A stretch of 64,000 nucleotides of DNA from an uncultured Actinomycetes bacterium (GCA_963762085.1 CAVXJD010000003.1:64506-128505), one strand, 5' to 3'; positions 46,022 through 55,917 are shown, numbered from the stretch's first letter. Numbers and translations are program-made. The notes: generated by a model from the letters alone, not told the origin.

Positions 46022-49000
46022 ATGGCGCCCGAGTCCGTCTTCACGCCGCTCCCAGCTGTCCCTGACCACCCCGCCCTGGAGCGGGAGCTCCTCGCCTGGT
46101 GGGAGGACGCGGACATCTTCGAGAAGCTCAGAGCCCAAAATGCCGAGGGCCCTGCCTGGAGCTTCATCGATGGCCCCGTCACGGCCAACAATCCGATGGG
46201 CGTGCACCATGCGTGGGGCCGGACGCTCAAGGACGTCTTCCAGCGCTACAAGGCGTTGAACGGCTTCGATCAGCGCTACCAGAACGGCTTCGACTGTCAG
46301 GGGCTCTGGGTCGAGGTCGAAGTCGAGAAGGCTCTCGGCCTGAACTCGAAGCGTGAGATCGAGGAATACGGCCTCGCCGAGTTCGCCCGTCGCTGTCGCG
46401 AGCGCGTCGCCGAGTTCTCGGACGTGCAGACCAGTCAATCGATCAGGCTCGGCCAATGGATGGACTGGGAGAACGACTACTACACCTTCTCAGACACGAA
46501 CATCAGCTACATCTGGGGTTTCCTGAAGAGCATCCACGAGCGCGGCTGGCTCTATCAGGGCCACCGCTCGATGGTGTGGTGCCCGCGCTGCGGCACGTCC
46601 CTCTCCCAGCACGAGCTGATCGACTCGTACCGCGACATCACCCACCCGTCGCTCTACGTCCGGTTCCCGATCAAGGATCGAGAGGACGAGGCGCTCGTCG
46701 TCTGGACAACCACTCCGTGGACGCTTCCCGCGAACGTGGCGGCAGCGGTGCATCCCGACGCGCGCTACGCCCGGGTCGAGACTTCGGCCGGGATCGAGAT
46801 CGTCGCCGAGGCGCTCGTTGACGCGGTCCCGCTGGCCGGCGAGGTCCGGGACACGGTCGTGGGGTCGGAGCTCGTCGGGCTCGAGTACGAGGGCCCGTTC
46901 GACGAGCTCGAACCCCAGCAGGAAGTCGTCCACCGGGTGATCCCGTGGGAGGAGGTCTCCCTGGAGGAGGGAACGGGAATCGTCCACATCGCGCCGGGTG
47001 CCGGGACTGAGGACTTCGAGCTCGCGCGGATTCACGACCTGCCCGTGCTTGCCCCGATCGACGAGTCAGGCCGGTTCTACCCGGAATACGGCTGGCTGCA
47101 CGGTCGCTCCACGGACGAGACCGTGGGCCAGATCATCGGTGACCTGGGCGAGCGCGGTCGGCTCCTCGAAGCCGGCGAGATCACCCACCGCTATCCCGTT
47201 TGCTGGCGCTGCTCCACACCGCTCGTCTTTCGAATCGTCGACGAGTGGTTCATCTCCGCGGACGAGATTCGGCCCAAGATGCTCGCTGCGAATGCCACCG
47301 TTCGCTGGACGCCCGAGTTCTACTCGAGGCGGATGGACGACTGGCTTCGCAACATGGGCGATTGGTGCATCTCGCGGAAGCGCTACTTCGGGCTGCCGCT
47401 CCCCTTCTACCGTTGCGACGACTGCAACGTGATGAATGTGATCGGCTCCGAAGAGGAGCTGCGGGATCGCGCTGTGAGCGGACTCGACCAGCTCGAGGAG
47501 CTGCACCGGCCCTGGGTGGACGAGGTGACGATTGCCTGCGAGGGGTGCGGCTCCGAGCTTCGGCGTCTCCCGGAAGTCGGTGACGCGTGGCTCGACGCCG
47601 GCATCGTGCCGTTCTCGACGCTCGGCTGGCAGAACTCGGAGTACATCGAGGGTGGATACGCGACGGGCGCCGCCCGCGGGCTCACGGGGGCTGACCTTCC
47701 AGACCACGCGTACTGGGAGACGTGGTTCCCGGCCGACTGGGTCTCTGAGTCCCGCGAGCAGATTCGGCTCTGGTTCTACTCCCAGCTCTTCATGTCGGTC
47801 GCGCTCGTGGGCGAGGCGCCGTACCGGCAGGTTCTTGCGTACGAGCGGGTCACCGATGAGACCGGTCGTGCCATGCACAAGTCCTGGGGGAACGCGATCG
47901 AGCTGAACGAGGCACTCGACCGGATGGGCGCTGATGTGATGCGTTGGCTGTACTGCTCCCAGGTCCCCAGCCAGAACCTCAATTTCGGTTTCGGTCTCGC
48001 CCGGGAGGTGAAGCGCGAGCTTCTCACCTTCTGGAACTCGGTCAGCTTCCTGATTCTCTACGCGAACGTCGAGGGGTGGAGTCCGGACGCGAAGCTCCTC
48101 GAATCGGGGCCGCCGAGGGACGATTTGGCCCAGCTCGATCGGTGGCTTCTCGCCCGCGTCCAGCAGCTGGTCGCCGAAGCCAATGACGGCTTCGAGCGTT
48201 TCTGGACGCCGGCCGTCACGAAGGCGTTCACGTCCTTCATGCGGGATCTCTCCGACTGGTACGTCCGGCGTAGCCGCCCGCGCTTCTGGCACGGAGAGGA
48301 GGCTGCGCTCGAAACCCTGTGGTACGCAATCGTGCAGTCGCTCCGCACGATCGCGCCGCTGATGCCGTTTCTGTCGGACCACCTTTGGCGGAACCTCGTT
48401 GCAGGCCCCTGCGACAACGCCCCCGAGAGCATCTTTCTGGCCGGCTGGCCCGAGGTGGCATCAGATCTCGAAAACGACGCGCTGCTGGTCGAGGTGGAGG
48501 AGGTTCGCCGCGTCGTCGGTCTCGGCCATTCCGCGCGCCAGCAAGCGGGTCGAAAGGTGCGCCAGCCGCTTCGCCGAATGGTCGTCGAGGGCGCGAACGC
48601 GTCCACGCCCCATTCGGACGAGATCAAGGCCGAGCTACGCGTGAAGGAGCTCGAGTTCGGACCGGTCGAAGGCACCTATCTGCGCGTGAAGCCGAACCTC
48701 CCGGTCCTGGGGCCCCGGCTCGGGAAGGAGCTCGCGACGATCCGTGCCGAGCTCCAGGAAGGCCGATTCGAGGACCTCGGAGGAGGGCGCTTCCGCGTTG
48801 CGGGTCACGAGCTCGCGCCGGACGAGGTCTTCGTCGAAAGGTTGGCGCCCGACGGCTGGGCGTTTGCATCGGATGACGGTCTCGCGGTTGCCCTCGATAC
48901 GCGCCTCGACCCGGAGCTCGAGCTCGAGGGACGCGTACTCGACCTCATACACGCGATCCAGCTAATGCGAAAAGAAGCGGGGCTCGAGGTGACAGACAGG

Positions 49001-49120
49001 ATCGTCTTGACCCTCCCCGGGAACGGGGACGACGTGCTCCAGCACGCGGACTGGATCAAGCAGGAGACCCTCGCCACCCGGATCGAGCAGGGCGAGGAGC
49101 TCGGTATCTCCAAGGCGTAG
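46022..49120 (+). CDS. ileS: isoleucine-tRNA ligase
   Basis: 1032 aa class I synthetase with an editing domain. HIGH-like NPMGVHHAWGR and a KMSKS-like HKSWGN are present. Confidence 0.95.
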   Translation: MAPESVFTPLPAVPDHPALERELLAWWEDADIFEKLRAQNAEGPAWSFIDGPVTANNPMGVHHAWGRTLKDVFQRYKALNGFDQRYQNGFDCQGLWVEVEVEKALGLNSKREIEEYGLAEFARRCRERVAEFSDVQTSQSIRLGQWMDWENDYYTFSDTNISYIWGFLKSIHERGWLYQGHRSMVWCPRCGTSLSQHELIDSYRDITHPSLYVRFPIKDREDEALVVWTTTPWTLPANVAAAVHPDARYARVETSAGIEIVAEALVDAVPLAGEVRDTVVGSELVGLEYEGPFDELEPQQEVVHRVIPWEEVSLEEGTGIVHIAPGAGTEDFELARIHDLPVLAPIDESGRFYPEYGWLHGRSTDETVGQIIGDLGERGRLLEAGEITHRYPVCWRCSTPLVFRIVDEWFISADEIRPKMLAANATVRWTPEFYSRRMDDWLRNMGDWCISRKRYFGLPLPFYRCDDCNVMNVIGSEEELRDRAVSGLDQLEELHRPWVDEVTIACEGCGSELRRLPEVGDAWLDAGIVPFSTLGWQNSEYIEGGYATGAARGLTGADLPDHAYWETWFPADWVSESREQIRLWFYSQLFMSVALVGEAPYRQVLAYERVTDETGRAMHKSWGNAIELNEALDRMGADVMRWLYCSQVPSQNLNFGFGLAREVKRELLTFWNSVSFLILYANVEGWSPDAKLLESGPPRDDLAQLDRWLLARVQQLVAEANDGFERFWTPAVTKAFTSFMRDLSDWYVRRSRPRFWHGEEAALETLWYAIVQSLRTIAPLMPFLSDHLWRNLVAGPCDNAPESIFLAGWPEVASDLENDALLVEVEEVRRVVGLGHSARQQAGRKVRQPLRRMVVEGANASTPHSDEIKAELRVKELEFGPVEGTYLRVKPNLPVLGPRLGKELATIRAELQEGRFEDLGGGRFRVAGHELAPDEVFVERLAPDGWAFASDDGLAVALDTRLDPELELEGRVLDLIHAIQLMRKEAGLEVTDRIVLTLPGNGDDVLQHADWIKQETLATRIEQGEELGISKA

Positions 49121-49127
49121 GCCTCGG

Positions 49128-50069
49128 CTAGGCCGCCGTTCTCGGACCGAGCTCGGCCGGGAGCTTGAAGACCACGCTCTCGTCCTCGCCGGTCGCCGTC
49201 TCGATCTCGACGTCGCCGCGCTCTCGAAACCAGGCGACGACGCGGCGGACGAGTGCTTCCGGCGCCGAGGCGCCGCAGGTGATTCCGACCGTCTCGGCGC
49301 CGAGGAGCCAGCTTTCGTCGATCGCGAACTCGTCCTCGATCAGATGCGCCTCGACCGCCGCGCCGAGTGCGACCTCGACCAGGCGCTTCGAGTTCGAGCT
49401 GTCTTCCGACCCGATCACGAGCAGGAGGTCGACCCGCTCGAGGATACGCTTGACTGCGCGCTGGCGGTTCGTTGTCGCGTAGCAGATGTCCTCACGCTTC
49501 GGAGCTTCGATGCCAGGGAAGCGTGCGCGGAGGACGCCAATGATCGCCTCCGTCTCGTCGACGGACAGCGTCGTCTGGGTGATGTAGGCGAGCGGTCGGC
49601 CTCGCGGGGGCTGGAAGCGACGAGCCTGGTCGACGTTCTCGACGAGGACGATTGCGTCGGGTGCTTCCCCGAACGTGCCCTCGACTTCGTCGTGGCCGGC
49701 GTGGCCGATCAGGACGATGGTGTAGCCACGGGAGGCGAAGCGTCGTGCCTCCACGTGCACCTTCGCGACGAGAGGGCACGTAGCGTCGATCGTTCTGAGG
49801 CCGAGCCTCCGGGCATTTGCGCGGACTGCGGGCGAGACACCGTGGGCCGAGAAGATGACCTCGGCTCCGGTCGGGACGTCCTCCTCGGTGTCGACGAAGA
49901 TCGCGCCGCGCTCCTCGAGCTCGCGAACGACGTGCGTATTGTGGACGATCCGCCTGCGAACGTAGACCGGGGCTCCACGCAGGCGAAGCGCCTGCTCGAC
50001 CGTCTCGATTGCTCGTTCGACCCCGGCGCAGTATCCGCGCGGGGTCGCAAGAAGGATCCGCTTGACCAC
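49128..50069 (-). CDS. ispH: 4-hydroxy-3-methylbut-2-enyl diphosphate reductase
   Basis: 313 aa with a GTG start. Contains RGYCAGVERAI, IVHNTHVV and DATCPLV. Confidence 0.95.
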   Translation of the reverse strand: MVKRILLATPRGYCAGVERAIETVEQALRLRGAPVYVRRRIVHNTHVVRELEERGAIFVDTEEDVPTGAEVIFSAHGVSPAVRANARRLGLRTIDATCPLVAKVHVEARRFASRGYTIVLIGHAGHDEVEGTFGEAPDAIVLVENVDQARRFQPPRGRPLAYITQTTLSVDETEAIIGVLRARFPGIEAPKREDICYATTNRQRAVKRILERVDLLLVIGSEDSSNSKRLVEVALGAAVEAHLIEDEFAIDESWLLGAETVGITCGASAPEALVRRVVAWFRERGDVEIETATGEDESVVFKLPAELGPRTAA

Positions 50070-50300
50070 CGGCGGCCACTGTAATCAGGGGCCTGTTCAG
50101 CTCGGGTTAAGGAAGGCCCGCCACTCGGGGGGGTAGTGCAGCGGGCCTTCCAGAATGCGCACCGCGGCGTTCATAGCCAGGACACCAACCACGGTCGCAT
50201 CGCCCAGTAACGGCACCGTATCCAGCGGGCTTCCAGCTGCCAATAGGCCTATCGGCCCATCTTCGCAAGGCATGCGACCCGGCTTGTCAGTAAGGAAATC

Positions 50301-53300
50301 GTGGACGGAGGCTCTTCGACCGCCCTATCATCAGGGTGCCCAGTGACGAACGAGACGACGACGTTGCTCATCAATACGGTGCCGCTTCTCGTTGCCGCGG
50401 CGCTGTATCTCGCGCTGTCCGCGCTCCTGTTCCGCTCCTTGCTCGGAGCTGGACGGCGGCCGACAGCGCCTGGCTTTGCGCTGTGGCTGCTCTTTACGGT
50501 CGTCGGTGTGACCTCGGCCGTGCTCGGGGCCGCGAAGCTTGGCGACTCCGAGCCGCTCGCGTCCTCCAGCCCCTGGCCCGCGTTTGTCCTAACGCTGCTC
50601 GGCCTGGTGCCTGCCGCTCTCCTCCTGGCGCGGCACGACCGCAGGCTGCTCGTCGATCCCGCGGAGCGAGTGCGGGTGGCTGAAGAGGCCGCAAGCGAGC
50701 GGGAGCGCGAGGCGGGGGCGATGTCGCGGCTCTCGAGCGCACTTTCGCGCTCGCTGAGCGCGAAAGACGCAGCCGAGAACCTGTTCGACGAGCTGGAGCA
50801 CTCGCTCGGGATCGAAGCGTCGATGCTCGCCGTCGTTGACGACACGGAGCGCCGCGCGACGGGGTTTGCGGCCCGGGGCGCCGACGAGGACTGGTGGAGG
50901 GGGATCGAGATCGACCTCGTCGAGGATCCGGGCGGGATCGCAACCGTGGCGCGCGAGCGGGCAGCGTTTGCCGTCTACGACGTCGAGGCTGCACCGCACG
51001 TGAGCCGTGCCCTCGACACGGTGCCGGCGAAGAGCGCCGCCTTCATGCCACTGGTCTCCGAGGGCAGGCTCACGGGCGTGCTCGTTGTGGCCGTCTTCTC
51101 GGAGCGGCGTTTCTTCACGGCGGGCGAGCTCGAGCTCTTCCAGCGGCTTGCCAACGAGACGGCGCTGGCCCTCGGCAGCAGCAGATCCTCCGAGGCGCTG
51201 GGCGCCGCGCTCGAACGCGAACGCCTGGTCGCCTCGATTTCGCGCCAGGTCCGTTCCGAGCTCGACCTGGACGACGTGCTGGCAGTCGCCGTGAGAGAGA
51301 CCGCGCGGGCGCTCAAAGTCTCCCGCTGCTTCATTCGCCTTGCCGAGCCGAGCGGCGCGATGCCTATCCATTCGGAATGGACGGCGCCCGGTCACGATCC
51401 GGTCGGCGGTGTTGCGGCGCGCTTGCCGGCGTCGAACCTGGCGGCCCGAGAGCGGCGCACGGTCGCGATCGCGGACGTCGAGTCGGCCGCCGAGTTGGAC
51501 GACCCGAGTCTCGGCAGCCGCAAGGCGCTGGTCGGGCTCGGAACGAAGGCCGTGCTCGCCACGCCAATCCAGGTCTTCGACGACGTGATCGGCGTCTTCG
51601 CACTCCACCGCCCGGAGGTCGGCCGCTGGACCGAGGGCGAGGTCGCGCTTGCCGAATCCGTTGCCGGAGAGGCGGGGCTCGCGATCCACACGGCCCGCCT
51701 GCTCCGCGAGGAAGGACGGCGGGTCGACCGCCAATCGGCCCTGCTGAAGGCGGCACAGGTGGTGACGAGCGATCTTCGGTTTACCTCGGTGGTGCAGAGG
51801 CTGGTCGAGGAGGTCGCCGAGTTGCTCGGCGCCGATGCAGCCGATTGCTGGATTCTCGAGCCTCACCGCGACTCGCTCCGTTGTCGCGCCGTCTTCGGGC
51901 TGCCGCAGGAGGCCGTCGACCGGAGAATTCCCGCGGCGGGCACACAAAAGGCGGCGATCGAGCTTGGAAAGCCCGTGCTGACCCGCAACTTCCGCGAGAC
52001 CGAGGACCCTGCGCCCAGCACGTATTACTCGGAGTTCGAGGACGTGATGGTCGCTCCGATCACATGGCTCGGCGAGGTGCGGGGCGTACTCGGGGTCTGC
52101 TCAGCGGAAGCCGGAAGGTTTGGAGAGCCGGATCTCGAGCTCCTCGATGCCTATGCCCGTTTCGCCTCGCTCGCCTTCCACAATGCGGAGAGCTTCGAGG
52201 AGCGTGAGCGGCAGGCACAGATCCAGCAGGGCTTCTATCGGATCGCCGAGGCGCTGGGGTCGCCGCTCTCGCTCGACGAGACCGTTACGGCGCTGGCCCA
52301 GGCGGCTACCGAAGCACTGGGCGGCATCGCGGCGTTCGTCTTGCGACCGGCCGGCGGCAAACTCGTTCTCGCCGGCTCCTATGATGTCCACGACGAGGTC
52401 GAGGCGGCTCTTCGCCATGGCATCCAGGACCACGAAGCGCCGCTCGCTGCGGCCACCCGAGAAGGGCGGCTCATTACCTCGAGCACTCTCACCGATGACG
52501 AGCGCTTCGACAGCCGGTGGAGGGACCTTCTAGCGGCCAACAGCGCGTCCGCGCTGCTTGCAGCGTCGGTTGAGGGCACGAGCGGTGACCCGGGCTCTGT
52601 CGTCGTTCTCTTCGGGGAGGAACGGGCCTTCACGGACGACGACCTTGCCCTGGCGGGCCACCTCAGCCGCGCGGCGCGAGGTGCGCTGGAGCGCAGCGAG
52701 TTGTTCGAGACCGAACGGCGTGGGCGCAGGCTCTCGCAGCGACTCGCAGCCATCGGCGCCCGCGTCGTTACCGTGCTGGATCCCTCGATCGTCCTCGAAG
52801 AGGTCGTCCGCGAGGCGCCCATCCTCCTCGATGCTGACGCAGCGACTGTGAGGCTCCTCGACGGCGAAGAGCTCGTCATCCGCGCGGCCTCGGGCGTGAA
52901 GGGTGATAGCGCGCACGATCTGGTCGGAACTCGCGCACTCGTGGGGACCGGCCTCCTCGGGGATGCAGTCCAGTCGCGCACCGCCTCGATGGTCGACGAC
53001 GTCGGCGCGCGGCCCGATCTCGGAGATGGAGACCCCCTCCTCGATCGTGAGATGGCGGCGTGTATCGCGGTTCCAATGATCGCCCACGGAGGCGGCCTGC
53101 ACGGGGTACTTTCGGTCTATACGGCACGGCCGAGAGCATGGCGCGAGGAGGAGGGGCAGGCGCTTTCCGCGCTGGCCGCCGTGGCATCCGCCGGTCTGTC
53201 GAACGCGGAGCTCTACCAGCGCGTCGCAGAGGAGAAGGAGCGCTCGAACGCGATCCTCCTCAACATCGCGGACGGAATCGTGGCTGTGGACCGCGAGGAA

Positions 53301-54293
53301 CGAGTCGTCCTCTGGAACGCCATGGCCGAACGGATTACCGGCGTCCCGGCGGCAGAAGCGCTCGGTAGGCGGATTCCCGAGGTCCTCCGGCGCGATCTCG
53401 CCGGGGCGGCGCGTGGGCCCGGGAGAGAAGAGCCGATCACGATCAGCAGAGGCGGCAAGGACGTGTTCCTGTCGCTGACGGAGGCCGTGATGCTCGACTC
53501 GGCCGGCGCCGTCGGGGGCCGCATCTTCGCCTTCCGAGATGTCTCGGGTGAGCGCGTGGTCGACCAGATGAAATCGGACTTCGTCGCAACCGTGTCGCAC
53601 GAGCTCCGGACCCCGCTCACCTCGATCTACGGGTTCGCCGAGACACTCCTCCGGAGCGACGTCGCGTTCGGGGACGAGGAGCGGGCGACTTTCCTCGGCT
53701 ACATCGCCTCGGAGTCGGAGCGCCTGATCGGGATCGTCGACGACCTGCTGAGCGTCGCGCGCCTCGAGGCCGGCACGCTCGGCCTGGCGCTGTCGCCGGT
53801 CGACGTGGCCGAGGTGCTTGGGTCGGTAGGCGGGCGCGCTCAGGAGCACATCGACGGCTCCCATCGGCTGGAGATCGACGCTCCCGAAGGCGGGCTCTAC
53901 GCGGAGGCGGACGGGGAGAAGCTGGCTCAGATCCTCCTGCATCTGGTCGACAACGCCGTCAAGTACTCGCCCGAAGGAGGAACGATCACGCTTGCCGGAC
54001 GCAGGAAATCCGATGCCATCGAAGTCAGGGTCAGCGACGAGGGCATCGGGATCCCTCTCGACGACCAGAGCAGGATCTTCACGAAGTTCTATCGGGCAGG
54101 GACAGCTCCGCTGACGGGCGCCCACGGCACCGGGCTCGGTCTCTTTCTCGTGCGCGGCCTCCTGGCGGCAATGCACGGGCGCATTGCCGTCGAGTCGGTC
54201 GAGGGGGAGGGGTCGACGTTCGTCTTCGAGCTCCCTGTCTCGAAGAGGGCCCCCCGGGGTAGAGAAGCCCAGGTGGAACCGGCACGCTCATGA
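50301..54293 (+). CDS. membrane-anchored multi-GAF/PAS sensor histidine kinase
   Basis: 1330 aa. N-terminal TM helices are followed by several GAF-like repeats, a PAS-like segment, the H-box SHELRTPLTSI, and an HATPase domain (DNAVKYSP, DEGIGIP, GTGLGL). GTG 50343 is an alternative start. Confidence 0.9.
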   Translation: MDGGSSTALSSGCPVTNETTTLLINTVPLLVAAALYLALSALLFRSLLGAGRRPTAPGFALWLLFTVVGVTSAVLGAAKLGDSEPLASSSPWPAFVLTLLGLVPAALLLARHDRRLLVDPAERVRVAEEAASEREREAGAMSRLSSALSRSLSAKDAAENLFDELEHSLGIEASMLAVVDDTERRATGFAARGADEDWWRGIEIDLVEDPGGIATVARERAAFAVYDVEAAPHVSRALDTVPAKSAAFMPLVSEGRLTGVLVVAVFSERRFFTAGELELFQRLANETALALGSSRSSEALGAALERERLVASISRQVRSELDLDDVLAVAVRETARALKVSRCFIRLAEPSGAMPIHSEWTAPGHDPVGGVAARLPASNLAARERRTVAIADVESAAELDDPSLGSRKALVGLGTKAVLATPIQVFDDVIGVFALHRPEVGRWTEGEVALAESVAGEAGLAIHTARLLREEGRRVDRQSALLKAAQVVTSDLRFTSVVQRLVEEVAELLGADAADCWILEPHRDSLRCRAVFGLPQEAVDRRIPAAGTQKAAIELGKPVLTRNFRETEDPAPSTYYSEFEDVMVAPITWLGEVRGVLGVCSAEAGRFGEPDLELLDAYARFASLAFHNAESFEERERQAQIQQGFYRIAEALGSPLSLDETVTALAQAATEALGGIAAFVLRPAGGKLVLAGSYDVHDEVEAALRHGIQDHEAPLAAATREGRLITSSTLTDDERFDSRWRDLLAANSASALLAASVEGTSGDPGSVVVLFGEERAFTDDDLALAGHLSRAARGALERSELFETERRGRRLSQRLAAIGARVVTVLDPSIVLEEVVREAPILLDADAATVRLLDGEELVIRAASGVKGDSAHDLVGTRALVGTGLLGDAVQSRTASMVDDVGARPDLGDGDPLLDREMAACIAVPMIAHGGGLHGVLSVYTARPRAWREEEGQALSALAAVASAGLSNAELYQRVAEEKERSNAILLNIADGIVAVDREERVVLWNAMAERITGVPAAEALGRRIPEVLRRDLAGAARGPGREEPITISRGGKDVFLSLTEAVMLDSAGAVGGRIFAFRDVSGERVVDQMKSDFVATVSHELRTPLTSIYGFAETLLRSDVAFGDEERATFLGYIASESERLIGIVDDLLSVARLEAGTLGLALSPVDVAEVLGSVGGRAQEHIDGSHRLEIDAPEGGLYAEADGEKLAQILLHLVDNAVKYSPEGGTITLAGRRKSDAIEVRVSDEGIGIPLDDQSRIFTKFYRAGTAPLTGAHGTGLGLFLVRGLLAAMHGRIAVESVEGEGSTFVFELPVSKRAPRGREAQVEPARS

Positions 54294-54724
54294 CGAAGGT
54301 TCTGATCATCGACGACGAGGCGCCGATCCGGCTGCTGTGCAGGGTGAATCTCGAGGCGGAAGGCATGGAAGTGGTCGAGGCACCCGACGGGCCGACCGGA
54401 CTGGAAGTCGTCGAGCGGGAACGGCCTGATGCGATCCTCCTCGACGTGATGATGCCGGGCCTCGACGGATGGTCGGTGGCCGAGCGGTTGCTGGAGAAGG
54501 AGGACACACGCGAGATCCCGATCGTCTTCCTGACCGCGCGAGCGGATCTTCGTGACCGCGCACGCGGCATGGATCTCGGCGGCCTCGACTACATCACGAA
54601 GCCGTTCAATCCCGTGGATCTTGCCTCGCTCGTCGAGGAAGTGGTCTCGGCTGTGGCCCGCGGAGAGCGGGAGCAGCTCCGCTCCGAAAAGATCGCAGAG
54701 CTCCGCGTCCTTTTCGAGGTCTAG
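54290..54724 (+). CDS. single-domain response regulator (receiver only)
   Basis: 144 aa. Contains VLIIDDE, LLDVMMPGLDG and ITKPF. ATGA overlap with the kinase gene. Confidence 0.9.
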   Translation: MTKVLIIDDEAPIRLLCRVNLEAEGMEVVEAPDGPTGLEVVERERPDAILLDVMMPGLDGWSVAERLLEKEDTREIPIVFLTARADLRDRARGMDLGGLDYITKPFNPVDLASLVEEVVSAVARGEREQLRSEKIAELRVLFEV

Positions 54725-54728
54725 TCCG

Positions 54729-54898
54729 CTAGTAGGAGGCCTCGGCGAAACGAGCGCTGGCCGTCAGGCCGCGCTGCTCGCCCAGGCCGCGTCCTCAGTC
54801 GCACCGATAGCGCTGCTATCGGCACTCCCTGCGTCCTTGCCTCGCAACGACCATCGCACCCCGACGGCGAGCGGCGTTCCACCAATCCCTCCAACTAG
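54729..54898 (+). repeat. 170-bp CTAG-bounded palindromic MITE-like repeat
   Basis: CTAGTAGGAGGCCTCGGCGAAACG...CGTTCCACCAATCCCTCCAACTAG. It shares identical 12-19-nt blocks with the copy at 44598 (GGCCGCGCTGCTCGCCC, GCGTCCTCAGTCGC, CGATAGCGCTGCTATCGGC, CGCACCCCGACG). Confidence 0.8.
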
Positions 54899-55860
54899 CG
54901 GGGGCCGCTCTCGGCTTCTGCGCCCGTCGGTTCGACTTCGCGTGCCGTCTGGGCAAGGACGATGCCGGCGAGCACGAGGAGCGAGCCCGCGATCTGCTGT
55001 CCCGTGAGCTCCTCCCCCAGCCATGCGTATGCGACTGCGGCGGCAAGAACGGGCTCGAGCATCGCGACGATGATCGTGCGGGTCGGCGAGATGTGGTGGA
55101 GCGCGGTCACGATCAGGACGAAAGGCACGACAGTGCCGAGAACGACCACGTATCCGAGCAAGAGCCAGACGGGCGCCGAGAAACCGTCGAGACGACCCAG
55201 GAGCGATGCACTCGCCTCGACGCTTCCGGCGGGAAAGCTCCACCACGGTTGCACGATGGCCCAGAAGATGCTTGCGAAGAGGAACCCGAAGGCGAGGAGC
55301 GAGGTTGCGTCACGGCCTCCACGGAGGCTTCGGTCGGCCATGATGATGTAGAGCGCGTAGGCGACCGCGGCCGCGAGGCACGCGAGGACGCCCGTCGTGC
55401 TGAGAGTCACGCCGCTCCAGAGGTCGACGACGAGCGATAGCCCGGCCAGGCTCAGCGCGATCGCGGCCCAGAGCCGGCGCCGCACCGGCTCGTGGACGAA
55501 GAACCGCGCGTAGAGAGCAACGAGGATTGGAGCGATGTACTCGATCACGAGCGCGATACCGATGTTGAGCCGGCTCAGCGCCACGAAGTAGAAGAACTGG
55601 ACGAGGGCCAGGCCCAAGATCCCGAAGACGGCGAGGAACGCGAGCTCCCGCCGGCTCGTCCGCAGGGACGCGGGACGCAGGAGGGCGACTGTGGCCAGGA
55701 GAATGACTGCGGAGCCAGTCGCCCTCACTTCGGACAGGCGTAGCGCCGAGAGACCGGCCGAGTCGAGCACGATCTTCGAGACAGTCGCGTTGACCGACCA
55801 GAGCAGGACGGCAGTCCAGACAAGGACGTACCCGACGAGTGGGCGGCGTGTTCGGGCCAG
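54895..55860 (-). CDS. EamA/DMT-family transporter; the start is probably non-canonical CTG
   Basis: The track ORF starts at GTG 55770. The in-frame upstream sequence, (CTG)ARTRRPLVGYVLVWTAVLLWSVNATVSKI, encodes the expected first EamA helix and follows a TAG directly. No ATG, GTG or TTG is available there. Confidence 0.6.
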   Translation of the reverse strand: MARTRRPLVGYVLVWTAVLLWSVNATVSKIVLDSAGLSALRLSEVRATGSAVILLATVALLRPASLRTSRRELAFLAVFGILGLALVQFFYFVALSRLNIGIALVIEYIAPILVALYARFFVHEPVRRRLWAAIALSLAGLSLVVDLWSGVTLSTTGVLACLAAAVAYALYIIMADRSLRGGRDATSLLAFGFLFASIFWAIVQPWWSFPAGSVEASASLLGRLDGFSAPVWLLLGYVVVLGTVVPFVLIVTALHHISPTRTIIVAMLEPVLAAAVAYAWLGEELTGQQIAGSLLVLAGIVLAQTAREVEPTGAEAESGPR

Positions 55861-55917
55861 CTCGCGAGGCTAACCGAGGAACGATCGAACCGTGGCGCGG
55901 TCTACACTTCCCGTCAG

